Shown here piece by piece: positions 10,484 through 22,560 of a stretch of DNA of 64,000 bases (position 1 is its first letter; each line of letters opens with the position of its first letter). The stretch is from Rhodosorus marinus CCMP1338 (Eukaryota; Plantae; Rhodophyta). Location: NCBI GenBank assembly GCA_029953675.1, contig JAMWBK010000001.1:2294001-2358000 (forward strand), written 5' to 3'. The notes under the pieces are model-generated. The model saw nothing but the letters and a program-made list of their open reading frames with translations, was not told the DNA's origin and made no database searches. The position numbers and the translations under genes were made by a program.

Positions 10484-13037
10484 TCAGTTGCGTCCGAGGA
10501 GAGTTCCAAATATAAACGAATGAACGGCCTTGTCGAAATAGTTGGCAACGCCGTTCAGCCCCAGCAGGTGCAAAACCTTGAGCGGAGCCAGGAGCGCTGC
10601 CTGTATTCTGGTCGGGATATTCAGCACTGCGGTGAAGCTGGAGGCGAGGACACCGTCCACAACGACCATATTGTTCATCGTCAGTACGTTTCGAACTGGT
10701 CCGTTGGTCTTGTGAATGCTGGTAATTCTTGCTCTAGATGGCTTCCGCCCATCGTCTCCGACAATGAGAAGCTCGCCGCCAACCTGGTATGGATTGCCCA
10801 AAAGGTGGAAAGGCTCACAGCGTGAGTACGTAAATACTGAAACAACTGATGCACTGGGTCACAGAGTTCATAGTGGAGGTTGCCTACCTTGAGAGATTGA
10901 GCCTTCACGAAGCGGCGAGGATTCAACTCCTCGAGGATAAGATGGTTTCCTGTCAATTTCAAAGTACCAGTCTTTGCATTCGCCCCCTCATAAGAGACTT
11001 CAAGAAGCTCAGTAGCCGCTTCGCAATTTGCGTGCTGGACGAGCACAGCTTCCGTAAACACCAGCTCTCCGGTTGCGTTGAAAGCCTCTACCAAATCTCC
11101 TGAGCGCACCTCCCTAAGTGCAATCTTTTCGACTTCGTTTCCTCTCATCACCGTCACCTCGGACTCCGCTGAGAAACACACCGGTTCCGCGGTCGGGGTA
11201 GGAGTCGGGGTAGGTGAAACACTAGGTGAAGCTGTTGCGGTTTCGGAAGGACTTGTTGAAGTAGTCTCTGAAGCCGTCGGAGTCGGAGGTGAGTCCGTAG
11301 GTGTCGGGGTCGGGGGTTCGTCAGTAGGCGTCGGAGTCGGAGGTGCGTCGGTCGGGGTCGGAGTCGGAGGTGCGTCGGTCGCGGTCGGAGTCGGAGGTGC
11401 GTCGGTAGGCGTCGGGGTCGGAGGTGCGTCGGTAGGCGTCGGAGTCGGAGGTGCGTCTGTAGGCGTCGGAGTCGCAGGTCCGCCAGTGGGCGTCGGAGTC
11501 GCAGGTCCGCCAGTGGGCGTCGGAGTCGCAGGTCCGCCAGTGGGCGTCGGAGTTGCGGGTCCGCCAGTAGGCGTCGGAGTGGCAGGTCCGTCGGTAGGCG
11601 TCGGAGTGGCAGGTCCGTCGGTAGGCGTCGGAGTGGCAGGTCCGTCGGTAGGCGTCGGAGTGGCAGGTCCGTCGGTAGGCGTCGGAGTAGCAGGTCCGTC
11701 TGTAGGCGTCGGAGTGGCAGGTCCAGAAGTAGGGGTCGGTGTAGCAGGTCCAGACGTTGGCGTAGAAGACGGTGTTGGCGTTGGTATCGGCGTTGGCGTT
11801 TCCAGGAGATAAACGTAGACCGTTTGTCCATCTCCCTTGTTCACAGCACCAGTTGAGGGACTTCCAATGGCGATAACATTCGCTGCGGCCATGTCCGCAT
11901 CACGAATTGTATCGCTGAAGCCGGCCGTACCCATATCGTTCGTTGCGATCAAGTATTCATTCACGAAACGCCCGCTAGTCTCGTTGAAGGCCACAACTCT
12001 GATGTCCAGGGGAGAATCCACATTTGATAGTACGTCTCCTTGTACGTAGAATACCCACTCTGGGGGAACAGCCGACACTCGAATGAAATTCGTCTCGTTT
12101 CTCTGAAACCGTGGGCCCGTTGTGCTATTCGTGTAGTCTACTAGATATTGTCGATTGTAAGCAAGGGTTTTGTTGGCAATATCGCCAGCACTGATGGCTT
12201 CTCCACCTCCTCCCGTACCCACAGTGTCGAAGATGGGAGTCGCAATTTGTCCGGTCTGACTAATGGAGTAGACAATGATCTGCTGCGGATTTGTCTCGGA
12301 GATAACTTGAAGCAATGATCCATCGGTATCAAACTTGAAGCGCTGGTCTAGGTCGAAGCGCCCGGAGAGGTCGGTTGGCTGACAGGACCCCTCGCCGCCG
12401 CGGCAGGTCCAGTTGCCATCAGTGCCCCTGAAGAGGAAGTATTCCACCGTATCTAATGTAGAGCTGTCGAAGGACGTCAGCATGAAAACATCGGGCCCAA
12501 GAGCACAGTTGAATCCGAATCGGCCGGCTGGGAGGACGTCTCCAGTGTCAAACGTCTGCTCTAACGTAGCTCCATCTGATTGAACTGAATAGAACCTAAC
12601 CTCGCTTCCTGTTCCAGTTGTGGCCATGGTTCCGTCGCTGGTACAAGAGCAAAGCAAATCGCTGGTTAATGACCGGCAGATAAAGGCGCACAGCCCTGGT
12701 TTTGTGACTGCAGAGTAACAACTTACTAGACGTCCACGCAGGCTCCCCATCCAGAAAGGTTGAGAATATTCGTAGGCTGACTTTGACCAGTAGGGTCCAG
12801 CTTGTAAATGTAAGTGAACACCGCAAAATCTCCTGACGGGTTGGATGGGATAGCGTTCGTCACCAGCACACTCTCATCAAATCGATCGAGCCTGACGACT
12901 CTCCCGAAAAGCAGATCCTCTCCAGCCGCATTTGCGGGAATATCAATTTCCGAATACGGCACCCTCCTCTCCACCGCAGTGACCCCTAAAAGCATGCCCA
13001 GTAGGATACATCCTACACCAATATTCCAGTACCTCAT
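10484..13037 (-). CDS. Secreted Hog/Hint-domain protein B (~786 aa), paralog of protein A
   Basis: Exons 13037-12727, 12637-10888 and 10783-10484. Both introns sit at the same protein positions and phases as in gene A (after CxDV, phase 2; and K|VG, phase 0). Hint starts PV|CFS (Cys codon 11178-11176) and includes VRSGDLV, LTGNH and VVDGVLASSF. Confidence 0.88.
11276..11755 (-). repeat. Coding 27-nt minisatellite forming the Pro/Thr stalk of Hint protein B
   Basis: About 18 copies of a 9-aa PTPT-x-x-P-[A/P]-T unit in blocks: SG x2, DG x5, GG x4, DA x5, DE, DS. Confidence 0.95.
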
Positions 13038-15872
13038 GATTCGTCCCTAAGAAACGGGATCAGTGCCCAGAACAAACACCTCCCGGCCCGCCCCCGAGTC
13101 TAAAAAAAACAACCGCAAACACGGAACACAAATTCTAACCAGTGGATCCTCAAGAAAATATTTCAACGTTGTTTACAAAACAAAACTCACTCCTTAAAAA
13201 TCCATCCACTTCTCCTCCTCCTCCTCCTCCTCCTCCTCCCCCTCCCATACTCATCCAGAATTGCACTTATCCTCTTTCCAAGTCTTTCAACACCACAAGA
13301 AGAAGAGGACACCGGCATAGCGTTTCACGTTGGACAACCCCATCCCCAAAACGGGTTTACATAACCCTGAAACAAAAGATAGCTCTTAAAATAAAAAGAA
13401 ATACACAAATCAAATAGTCTGGAGGGAGAGAGTCTACTGTCGAAGGAGTAAAAGAGTAGTAGTCCTACGTCAACTGGGTGGGGGCCGAAAACAACTCCCT
13501 CAGAGACGCCTCCTCAAAAACTACAAAATAACTTGAAAACTAATTAGCTCCATTTTCCTAGCTTGTCTTATTATTTATTAGTACGACATAAATATTCAAT
13601 ATTATTCCTTTTTTTTCCTTTTTGTGTTTATTATCTGAAGATATAGAATTGTAATAGTATCTTATTTTATTTAGTTTGATGCAAATCCAACTTCCCGTTT
13701 GAGATCACACTTTCTCATTGAGTGGCGGCTGTGATACCGAGGGGGTTATATCAGGGATAGCAGCCAAAAAAAGGGGGGAGGGGGGGGGGGAGAGGGGTTG
13801 CGTAGCATCTGGTTCCAGGAGAAATTATAATCCTTATTTAGTATTGCTGATTTTTCAAAACTATCGTTGGGCTCAAGGTTTATATATCGCAATCTCAGCC
13901 AAAAGTTAGATACTTCCGTTTCGATGAATCCTTGGTTAATTTTAATTAATTCAACATTGTGCTTTAAGAGGACTTGTACTATTCCAAACCCGTCCTGAAG
14001 CCAGTTCCCGATAATTTTTCTATTGAATAGAGATTTTCGATGGTTTAATTGTAGATATTAAATTTGCTAGTACAATCGATGTGGAAGTTTTTGAATTCAT
14101 TTTGTTTTGTTTTATAGCTGTTTTATGCGGTTGACGTACGACGTTTTCCAAATACAAAATGAGCTGAAGTTAGGTGGTTTTTTGTAAAAACCAGAATTTC
14201 TCCAGTCCTCCTGCCCCCAGCAGTTCCGTCTTTTTCCATTAAAAAACTTGAGCCGATTTCTCGTTCTTGATCGTAAAAAGGACCAATAGGGAAACAAATT
14301 GCCTGAAAAAGAAGGTATTGGCTCTGCCCATACATAGCAAAGGGCTATATGAACGTTATAAAAAAATCATAGTCAATACCGTAATATATTTGTTTTTTGT
14401 CAATTATCCCACACCCTAGGAGTATTGATAAAAATAAAAATAAATATGATAAACTTGGGGTAGTACAGTCTCCTATTTTGAACACAGAATTGGCTCTTCG
14501 CTCAGAATTTTGGCCATGTTTCTGGATCTATTTAGGTTGACGAGAGGGGGGGAAACAAAGCACATGAAAGCAAACAACAGTTCATGAAAAATTAAAGAAT
14601 CCGTCGCAACCAATCCTTAAGGAGGACCAATCCATTTTCGCCAATGAGAACAGGAAATGAATTCTCACCAATGCGAAAGAAAGAGTATTCTGTTAAATAA
14701 AAACAATTGATCATTATTTTATTTCTAATCAGGGATAACCAAATTCAAGCCACAGAAAAAAAATTACTTGTTTTTTGCAGGGGAGGAGAGTGGGGGGGAA
14801 GGGTCTTCCAAAGGCCGAATCTACTTAGAAGTAGATAGAGCTCGGGTAAATGACATTGGACGAATTTGTGGTTATTTTTGTAAGCTCTTTCGTCGGGACA
14901 GATTGTCCCCTAGCGAACTACGACTTTTTTTTGGAGGGAGGGGAGATCGGTGGAGCTGACAGTAGCGAAGTTGGAAAGCCGGCCGGTCTTGCTTAACAAG
15001 ACCGGCTTACCTTCTCCGCGTGACTTGTATCTTTTTGGAGCACACGCAGCTGTGAAGCCCGCAGCATGTGAAGTTTCAACGGATTCTTTAGGCCAAAACA
15101 GCGGGAGATTGGAGGCGTGACGCTCCATCACGATATTGTTTTTATTTCGTCCTTGGCTTGTGAGAAACTTTTGACGTGGAAAGTAATGGAGGGCACCTCA
15201 TCCGCTCCCTCAGACCATGACGACCAAGACGTTGAATTCGGTTTATTCCTAGAGTGGCTAGGAATTGAACTTCGACTTCCAATTTCAAGGAAGTCGAAAT
15301 TTGCATCCAGGCATCAAGCCTCAAGCATTTGTTGCAAATACCTAAAAGATAAAGATCTTTTAGGTGAAAAAAGTTTCATGAAATAGGATCATCCCCTGCA
15401 ATCCGTTTCATTCAGCAGAGAATGGGAATACGAACCCTTCCAGGGCAATAGTGTCATTTACTATTATGCCTCTTGTAGTAGTTCTACTGGAGTTGACAGT
15501 CCAAGTTCATGTGAAACACGTAAGTGAACTTGGACTCCAAGCCGTACCACGCAATATGGTACTCCCCTCTAGGGGCACACCTTGCGACTCGCACGAGTGG
15601 GGTATTATCCCACTCGTGCCGGTCGCAAGAAATACGCCAATGACGTCTGCAGCGGAGACAGCGATGATAGGTGGGAGCGGGTTACGTTAGTCTGGGGTTT
15701 GAAGCAACAAAAACTCGCACTTTGTTTCATCATCAGTAGACAAACAGGTATTTCATATGTACAGACTAAAACTTGGGTTGCTAAAGTAAAGCAACCGAAA
15801 CAGCAAAATAACAAAACGAGATCCAAGCAGCATCTAGAACGATTGCTTGGTCGCCATCAAACCAGCCGATCC

Positions 15873-18800
15873 TCAGCTATACTCGGCCCTGTAGGTCTGC
15901 TGCAGAACCCCTTGGTCCCGAACTTTGACAGTGAAAGTGTTCTTCAGCGACGGGTTATGTTCCCACTTCACAAAGGTCTTGCCTTTTTGAACTCGCGGAG
16001 CGGAAACAGTAATAAGCGCTCCAACAACAGCATCAATTTCCACCGGCCCTGGGCCTGTCCTTGAGTCAGCAGTTACGGTGAAACCATCCTGGTTCGAAGT
16101 TACAGCAACCTTCCGAAGTTTGGGCTCTATCGACTTCGACACGGTGTGACAAAACTTCCCGGCGGCATCAGTGCAAGCTGTCAGTTTCACTTCGAATGAA
16201 AACGTCTGACCATGGTCTGGAACGGTAAAATTGTTTCGAAGCCTATTGCACCCCTGCGTGAACATGTGCGTATGGCAGTTGGGGTCGCAGTGATGCAGAG
16301 GAACTTCAAAGCAATGCTTTTGGATCTGCATTCGCTGCCCCTTGTGATTCAAGCACTTCCCGGAGTATGTGATTTTCTGTCCAATGACAAACTCCTTCGG
16401 CAGGTCATCTAGCGAACATCTAGGATTTAGCGCACTAGCCTCACAGTCTACAACGGCGTCACCCCAGACTCCCAAATCATGCTTTACCCCTTGCCTTCCG
16501 GGCAAGACGTTCAGAAGCAGGTTAGTCGCCCCGAGCATTGGGCACTGCAGTAAAGCAGGTCCATCACCGCCTGTCATGATCTGGGTTGGGCATGTCGAGG
16601 TAGCCCCAACCGCACCCTTTGCAACAAACATCATCTCTCCGTAGTTTTGGCTCAGATAGCTAACTCCAACCTTCGAAATAAACTTGGAGCAACGGCCAGG
16701 AAGTTCAAATCGTATGGAAGATTGCGCGTGCTGAGTAACTCCGGATTTGTAGTTCACCAAGCTGCCCGGCGGGGGTTGCGTACGAAGCGTGATGAGCCCG
16801 CCGTTCCAGGCTTTGTTCGCATAGTATCCAGGTCCCCTTCCAGTTCTCGGCACCATTGCACCCAAGTACCTGATTTCCCCATTACAGTTCAGCCTTGCCC
16901 CGCCAAGCGCAACGTACTCGAAATCAAACGGATTTCCTCCATTTATCGACGCTCGAATACCCAACACGCTTTTCCCACCAATCGACACGAAGACGTTCTG
17001 CGCAAGAGTAGAGCCATTCAGGACCATTGTCTTCACAACATTAGAATCCAGCAGAAACTCCAACTTAGCGTTTCCATCGAGAGCGTCCACCCTCCCTTCG
17101 ATTCCAACCTGAGCCCACATTGACCCGCAGCCTTGTACGGCGTACTCGACCAGTTTGGGTGCCTTCAGCTGAATACCTCGGAAATACGTCTTCCTGACCC
17201 CGCTCATGCCCTGCTTCAAAACTCTTAGGCGGCTTTGGTTCCCAAGAGTATAGTCCGTTCTCCCATTGCTACCCAGAATCTTCAACTGCTCTACTTTAAC
17301 CATTAGTCCGCTCGGCGGTGGTAGTACAGTTGTGAACGAAGCAGTCCTTCCGTTCTGAATGCGCTGCCCGTCGGCGCCTCTCACAGCTTCGCCAACAACA
17401 ATCGAGTACCGTGAGTTGTACTCCAATTTCCCTGCTCCCAAAATCACGCGCGTAGAACCTTCCGCAAAGCGTGCTTGGAAGGCCACAGTGTTTCCACCAC
17501 TGTCTCTAAACTTGATACCCACCAAAACGCTTGTTGGATCTATCGGCTGCGAAAATTTTATCTCGGGATCCCTTTGCACGTTCACGTTTGTCTGCCCGAC
17601 GGAAGGTATGAAGCTTACCACACGCGGAGCAGCCTTTATTGACGCCCCGCAGCGAAATATCATGTCGCCCCAGGAAACACGGTTGCGGTTAACCCTTTGA
17701 TTAAGCCCGGTTATCTCCGCAGTGAGTGTGACCGTGGCCCCGGGTTGGACATCGAGGTTGAAGCTCAGCCCATCCGAAACTCTCGTCAGAACTCCGCTCG
17801 TTAAGAGAACTCTCCGAATCCCGTTAAATCGCTGAAGGACTTGTACTATGGACCGTCCGTCATCGAGCTTGGTCACCGCGTCGTCGATACCAACTGTTCC
17901 AGACAGCTTTTTGCAACTGTCTGGTACTTTCACGGACACGCTAGCGCTTGGATTCATGCCGACACCTTTCTCAAACGTCTCCCCTCTAATAGCAATTTTG
18001 GTTCCGTCCTTCAGGCCTGATTTCCCGTTGGATAAATCTTTTTCCATGGGACCCACACCATTCTTCACATTCAACCATTCTAGATCCGAGAAATATGTCG
18101 CGAACCCAGCACCAGTCTTGAACGAACTTCGAAAGTTCTTGGTCATGGTCCGACCCTGCTCATCCCTCAATCCTGTCAGCGTGATTGTATATTGGGTATT
18201 TTTCTGAAGAGGCTTCGAAGGTACGAACGTAGCAATATCTTCGCTCTTGTCAAAGGAAGTCTTGCCCTCAACCAAGTTCCCATTGTCGTTTCCTCCTTGC
18301 CTCATAATAAAGCCGTTTTTCAACGATCCGAACAGTACGTTCTTCGAAAGGGTAATCTTAATTGATGTTGTATACTCGACACCCTGAGCACCATCTGGAG
18401 GATTGATAAACTCCACCTCCGGAGGGTTGGTGTTCGGTTTGTAAAGAATCTTTCGAATCTCCCGAGCTGCCAAGGATATGTAATGAATCTCTTTCGACGG
18501 CGATGATTTCATCGATACAGGACCCCCAAGGTCCGAGGCGAACTTTTGCACATTGGTTAGTTGCAGCCTCTCGTTAATCTTCGCCCTTCTCATCCAGCCG
18601 AAGACGTAGTCGGTGTAGTAAATCCAGTCTTGGTCAGCCTCCGGCCAGTCGGAATTCGCTGATGAAATACGGAGCAGAGCGCTCGCAGCCTGTTTCCGCG
18701 GGTAAACAAGAAGTCGGATGAATTCAATTAGGCGTGGAAAAAAAGCAATGACACGGCGCCGCCTGGAAGTCTTCCATAGCAGGCAAGAAGATTCCTGAAG

Positions 18801-19846
18801 CTTTTTTGAGTACGACTTCTTGGGGGTCAACTTACCGCCCCTTCCGCGTGGTTCCAGAAAACAACCGGGTCGAACCTCCTTCCAGGACCATTACCGGAGT
18901 TGAATGCCCTGCACTCGGGAAAGTTGGAAAATCCGCCATTCTTCGTTCTAGCCTCCCAGCAGGGCCAACCCATATTAGAGCCAGCTCTCACTGGGTTCAT
19001 TTCCTCCCATGTGGACCAGCCTACCTCTGCCACTAGCGGCATCTTCAGAACATCATCGTAAACAACTCGCCACGGATTTCGGCAACCCAGACCCCAAACC
19101 TTGGCTCGATTAGCTGCAGCTCCGACTCCCTGCTTCATGAATGGATTCCCTTGTACTCCTCTACCATTTATGTCCACCCTCAAAAGCTTCCCATTCAAAC
19201 TGTCTATCTGCTGAGCCCGAATTGCCAAGTTGTCAGCACCATTGCCACCTCCGTCTCCAGTTGTAACGAGCAGGTGCTTCTGTGGATCCCAGTTGAGGCC
19301 CCCATTAGCATGAGTGAAACTCTCTGTACACATAACATCCCTTGTGATGGGAATCTTTTCGCATCCTGATCCTGTTACCGATCCAAGAATGACTGTCATG
19401 GAATTCTTCAAAGCCAGAGTTCCCATCGCGTTGGTCTTGAAACGTGAGACTTGCGCCGTCTTTGGACCTTCTCGATCATTTTTGTTGTTCTCAAACGTGT
19501 AGAGGAAGAAGACAAGTTTGTTGGTGCTCCAATCGGGGTGCACAGCACATGCAGACATTCCCCTGTCGTGATGATCATTAACCATGTTCCTCAGATCGAG
19601 GAAAGGGATGGCCTTCACTATGCAATTCTCAACGAGGAAAACGAATCCATCCTTCTGGGTTACGATGAACCGATCCTTGCCATTCGCCGGCGGCAAAAAG
19701 CACAGATCTGTAGGGAAGCCCGGAATCTTCCCACAACTCTTAAGCTCATACTGGTCCGGAAAATCGGGAAACCCGGAAACAATCAGCAGCATACAGGCTA
19801 CCACTAGACCTGCCACCAGGCCCATCCCCCTCACTAACTTTGCCAT
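15873..19846 (-). CDS. Secreted glucose/sorbosone dehydrogenase-family (PQQ-type beta-propeller) protein with Big_5 Ig-like and NPCBM/NEW2 modules (~1275 aa)
   Basis: Exons 19846-18836 and 18689-15873, joined by one phase-0 intron (gtaagt...ctaat...cag). Signal peptide present. GSDH motifs DRGMSACAVHPD, HANGGL, VTTGDGG, NGKLLRVD, WGLGCRNPWR, EVGWSTWEEMN, NMGWP. Two Big_5-like repeats (PEVEFINPPDGAQGV..; PRVVSFIPSVGQTNV..). One clear NPCBM (YFSDLEWLNVKNGVGPMEKDLSNG...GETFEKGVGM) and two degenerate ones. C-terminal LHHC..CHTH..FTVPDH module. Confidence 0.9.
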
Positions 19847-22560
19847 CGTCCCGTTCACGATAGAAGCACCGCTACCAACCCGCCCCTTCTCCCCTTGCTG
19901 CTCTTCAGCAGTGACAATCCTCCTCTCTCCTCTCCGCAATCCCCCTCACAACGCTCTTTGCAGCCATCCCCAAAAATGGACTCCTTAGCACAACATACAG
20001 CCAGTCGTTCCACCAGTTACCTTAATGGGTATATATTATACTACCTCTCACCTAAATCCTCACAGCAGATCCATCCTATGCATCGGACCTAACCTCACCC
20101 CTTACCCACACCCTCCCCGTACCATTTCGAACGCCCCTAACACAAGTCGTTTATTATACTCGTTTTCTCTCCCCAACGTTTGAAACAAGATTTCGCTACC
20201 GACAAAAACAAAGTGCCTTTCTGTTGCTCCACACCAGATGTGAAGAAGAGAGACAGAGAAGAGAGGAGCCAATGTTCTTCACCAATTCCTCTATTTCCAC
20301 TAACTTCTACTTGGCCCATCAGTGTCCAATTAGAAAACCATGTCATGGCCAGTGTGTTCAGTCCACACCAAGAAAAGGAGTTTCCCGTCCATTGAAAAAG
20401 TTTCCAATTTTCTCCACTTCTTTGTCCCCCCTCCCGAACTGGAGAGGTAAAAAACAAGGATATAAGTTTTTTCTTATATATTTCAAGTTCATAAGGGTTT
20501 AGTAAGGATTTTGTAATGGAAACGGCTTTTATTAATATAAAATCCCGTACTGCTGGATTTTTTCGGTTTCGAGGCCTCCAAAGGAAAAAGGCAAAAAGGC
20601 AAAAAAGGCTCCCCTCCCCCCCCGTCGGGGACCCACGTATCATTGAAGAAACAAAGCCGGAGGGCAAAAAAAAAACGGCCATAAAACCCGAACGATTTTA
20701 TTTCTTTTGAAAGAAGAAAAAATACTTTTTCTAGACTACTCTTTCCAGTTTTGAGCGACTTTTTCTTTTCTGAAAAAAAGGGCCGTGCCGTCGACTTTGC
20801 TATAAAAATGGGAGGATTAAAGTGAATTCGGAGGTCCTAAAAAATCAATATGGAAAAAATATATATGTACACAAATTGAGAATGGAGATCGGACTTTTAA
20901 ATGGAGTAACCAAATTTTTTGTGAGGAGTAGCGAATAGTAAAATAAAAATTGACCATGTGCATAAAGTATTATTGTTCTACACATTAGTTGGATAGAGGT
21001 TCCTGCTGGCGCAATATTGTGAGCCACGAGAGTACAATACTTTACTAATTTTATTGAGGATATGGCACTACTGGGATTTTTATTGGTGTATTGGTTCTTC
21101 TTTCAAAATGCTTCTACAGTTTGGTTGGTTAAGGCTAAAAAGATCGAGAACACCTCTTGGAAAAAGTGACTGAGTTCATTTCGATTGAGAGGCTTTGGAT
21201 TGCAGGTGCGCATGACATTCCCGAGGGGGGGTGAATCATAAACATGTTGTAGGCAATAACCGTCGGAATTTGCAAGGTGGGTTGACCGAATTTTTTTTTG
21301 CTTGAAAAAGCTGCCCCTGGGGTATTCTCAGGATTCCGACGCCTTTTAGTAAGAAAAAGTATCCGAAATGCAGCCCCACTTATGGGCTAGACGAGAATTT
21401 TATCAAATAAGATGAAGTTACCTGATAGTTGCTGAACTTGTTTCCCAGAATTGTTATTGAATTTTTTGGTGGGCAACTCTCTACTGGCCAGCTTTGCAAC
21501 ATTGTAAGGAAAACTGATGCGAGCAGGGGCACGACCCCTGGGCAGCTATACAAAATTCGCATCCGGCAGACTATTTATTTCTTTATTCAATCTATCCGCC
21601 TGCCAGACCTGTCCAGCCCGGGGGGTTTCGACTCATACTATGGGGGCCTACAAGATGTTTCTCAAAACCTTGACAAACAGTAAGAGCATAACGGCTTTTT
21701 TTCACGCACATTTTGTTGTTGCTTGAGAGCAATTTTTCCAAACTCCATATTTTTGATCAACTCCGTCCATATGAGACCTAATATCACACATGATTAACCT
21801 TTTTCCTTTTTCTAGACCTCTATTCTCAAATTAAGAATCCGTGTTGTAGGCTGTTTCGAAGTTAGCTTGAATCCAAATGATCGTTGTGAGCCTATATTTA
21901 GACAGTATTGCTCAAAAGTATGCGGTTGGAGTGTTAAAATATTCAAAATACTGTAAAACGTATTGGAAGAAGGATGAACTGCCATGAAAATGACTAGCTT
22001 CATTGACGGACAAAAACCAAGGAGGACACGAAAAGAACTTGCTGACAAACTCAATCATTTGGGCTTTCGGGGGCGAAACGGTTTTTCCGCGATTTCCAAA
22101 CAGAGAGGAGTAATATTGAATAAAGCAAATAAATTCAAATTCGGTTGAGAACGAATAGTCATTTTCTCGGGACAGCTTGGTCTTGTCCCACGATTTTGTC
22201 CCACGATTTTTCCCGCGTTTCATCCTACTGTGTTGTCAGCATTCAGGAACGGGGGTGGGATTTGCTGTCGCGGCTTTCAAACGTGGGTGAGTTTACTTTA
22301 GTACACAACGCTGAGGGCGGATGTTGCAGATGGCTAGTTAGCCACTGCTGAGCGGAAAAGAATCGAAAAAACTTTCTACGCTGGTCATCTAGGGGTTGAC
22401 CCTGGTGGCAGCTTAGGTTCCTCCATATCACGCACTTGTTCACGGGTTTGTGATCTTCTGATCTTGTAGGGGAACGACTTTATCAGGTTTTATTTTGGTG
22501 CGGCTCTTCTTTTGGGTTGCGCAACCTCCGCAGTAATCCGTTGAAAGTCGATAAAAAAAT

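Noticed and set aside
11078-11831. 244-aa (GV-rich) and 225-aa (LR-rich) ORFs over the stalk of Hint gene B
   Set aside because: Antisense or alternate-frame shadows of the 27-nt coding repeat, which lacks stops in several frames.
6262-13037. True Hedgehog signalling ligands
   Set aside because: No Hedge (zinc-peptidase-like) N-terminal domain motifs; only the Hog/Hint part is shared.
14900-15850. Several 60-160-aa ORFs downstream of the GSDH gene
   Set aside because: Non-ATG starts, no recognisable motifs and no consistent splice path; probably 3' UTR or decayed sequence.
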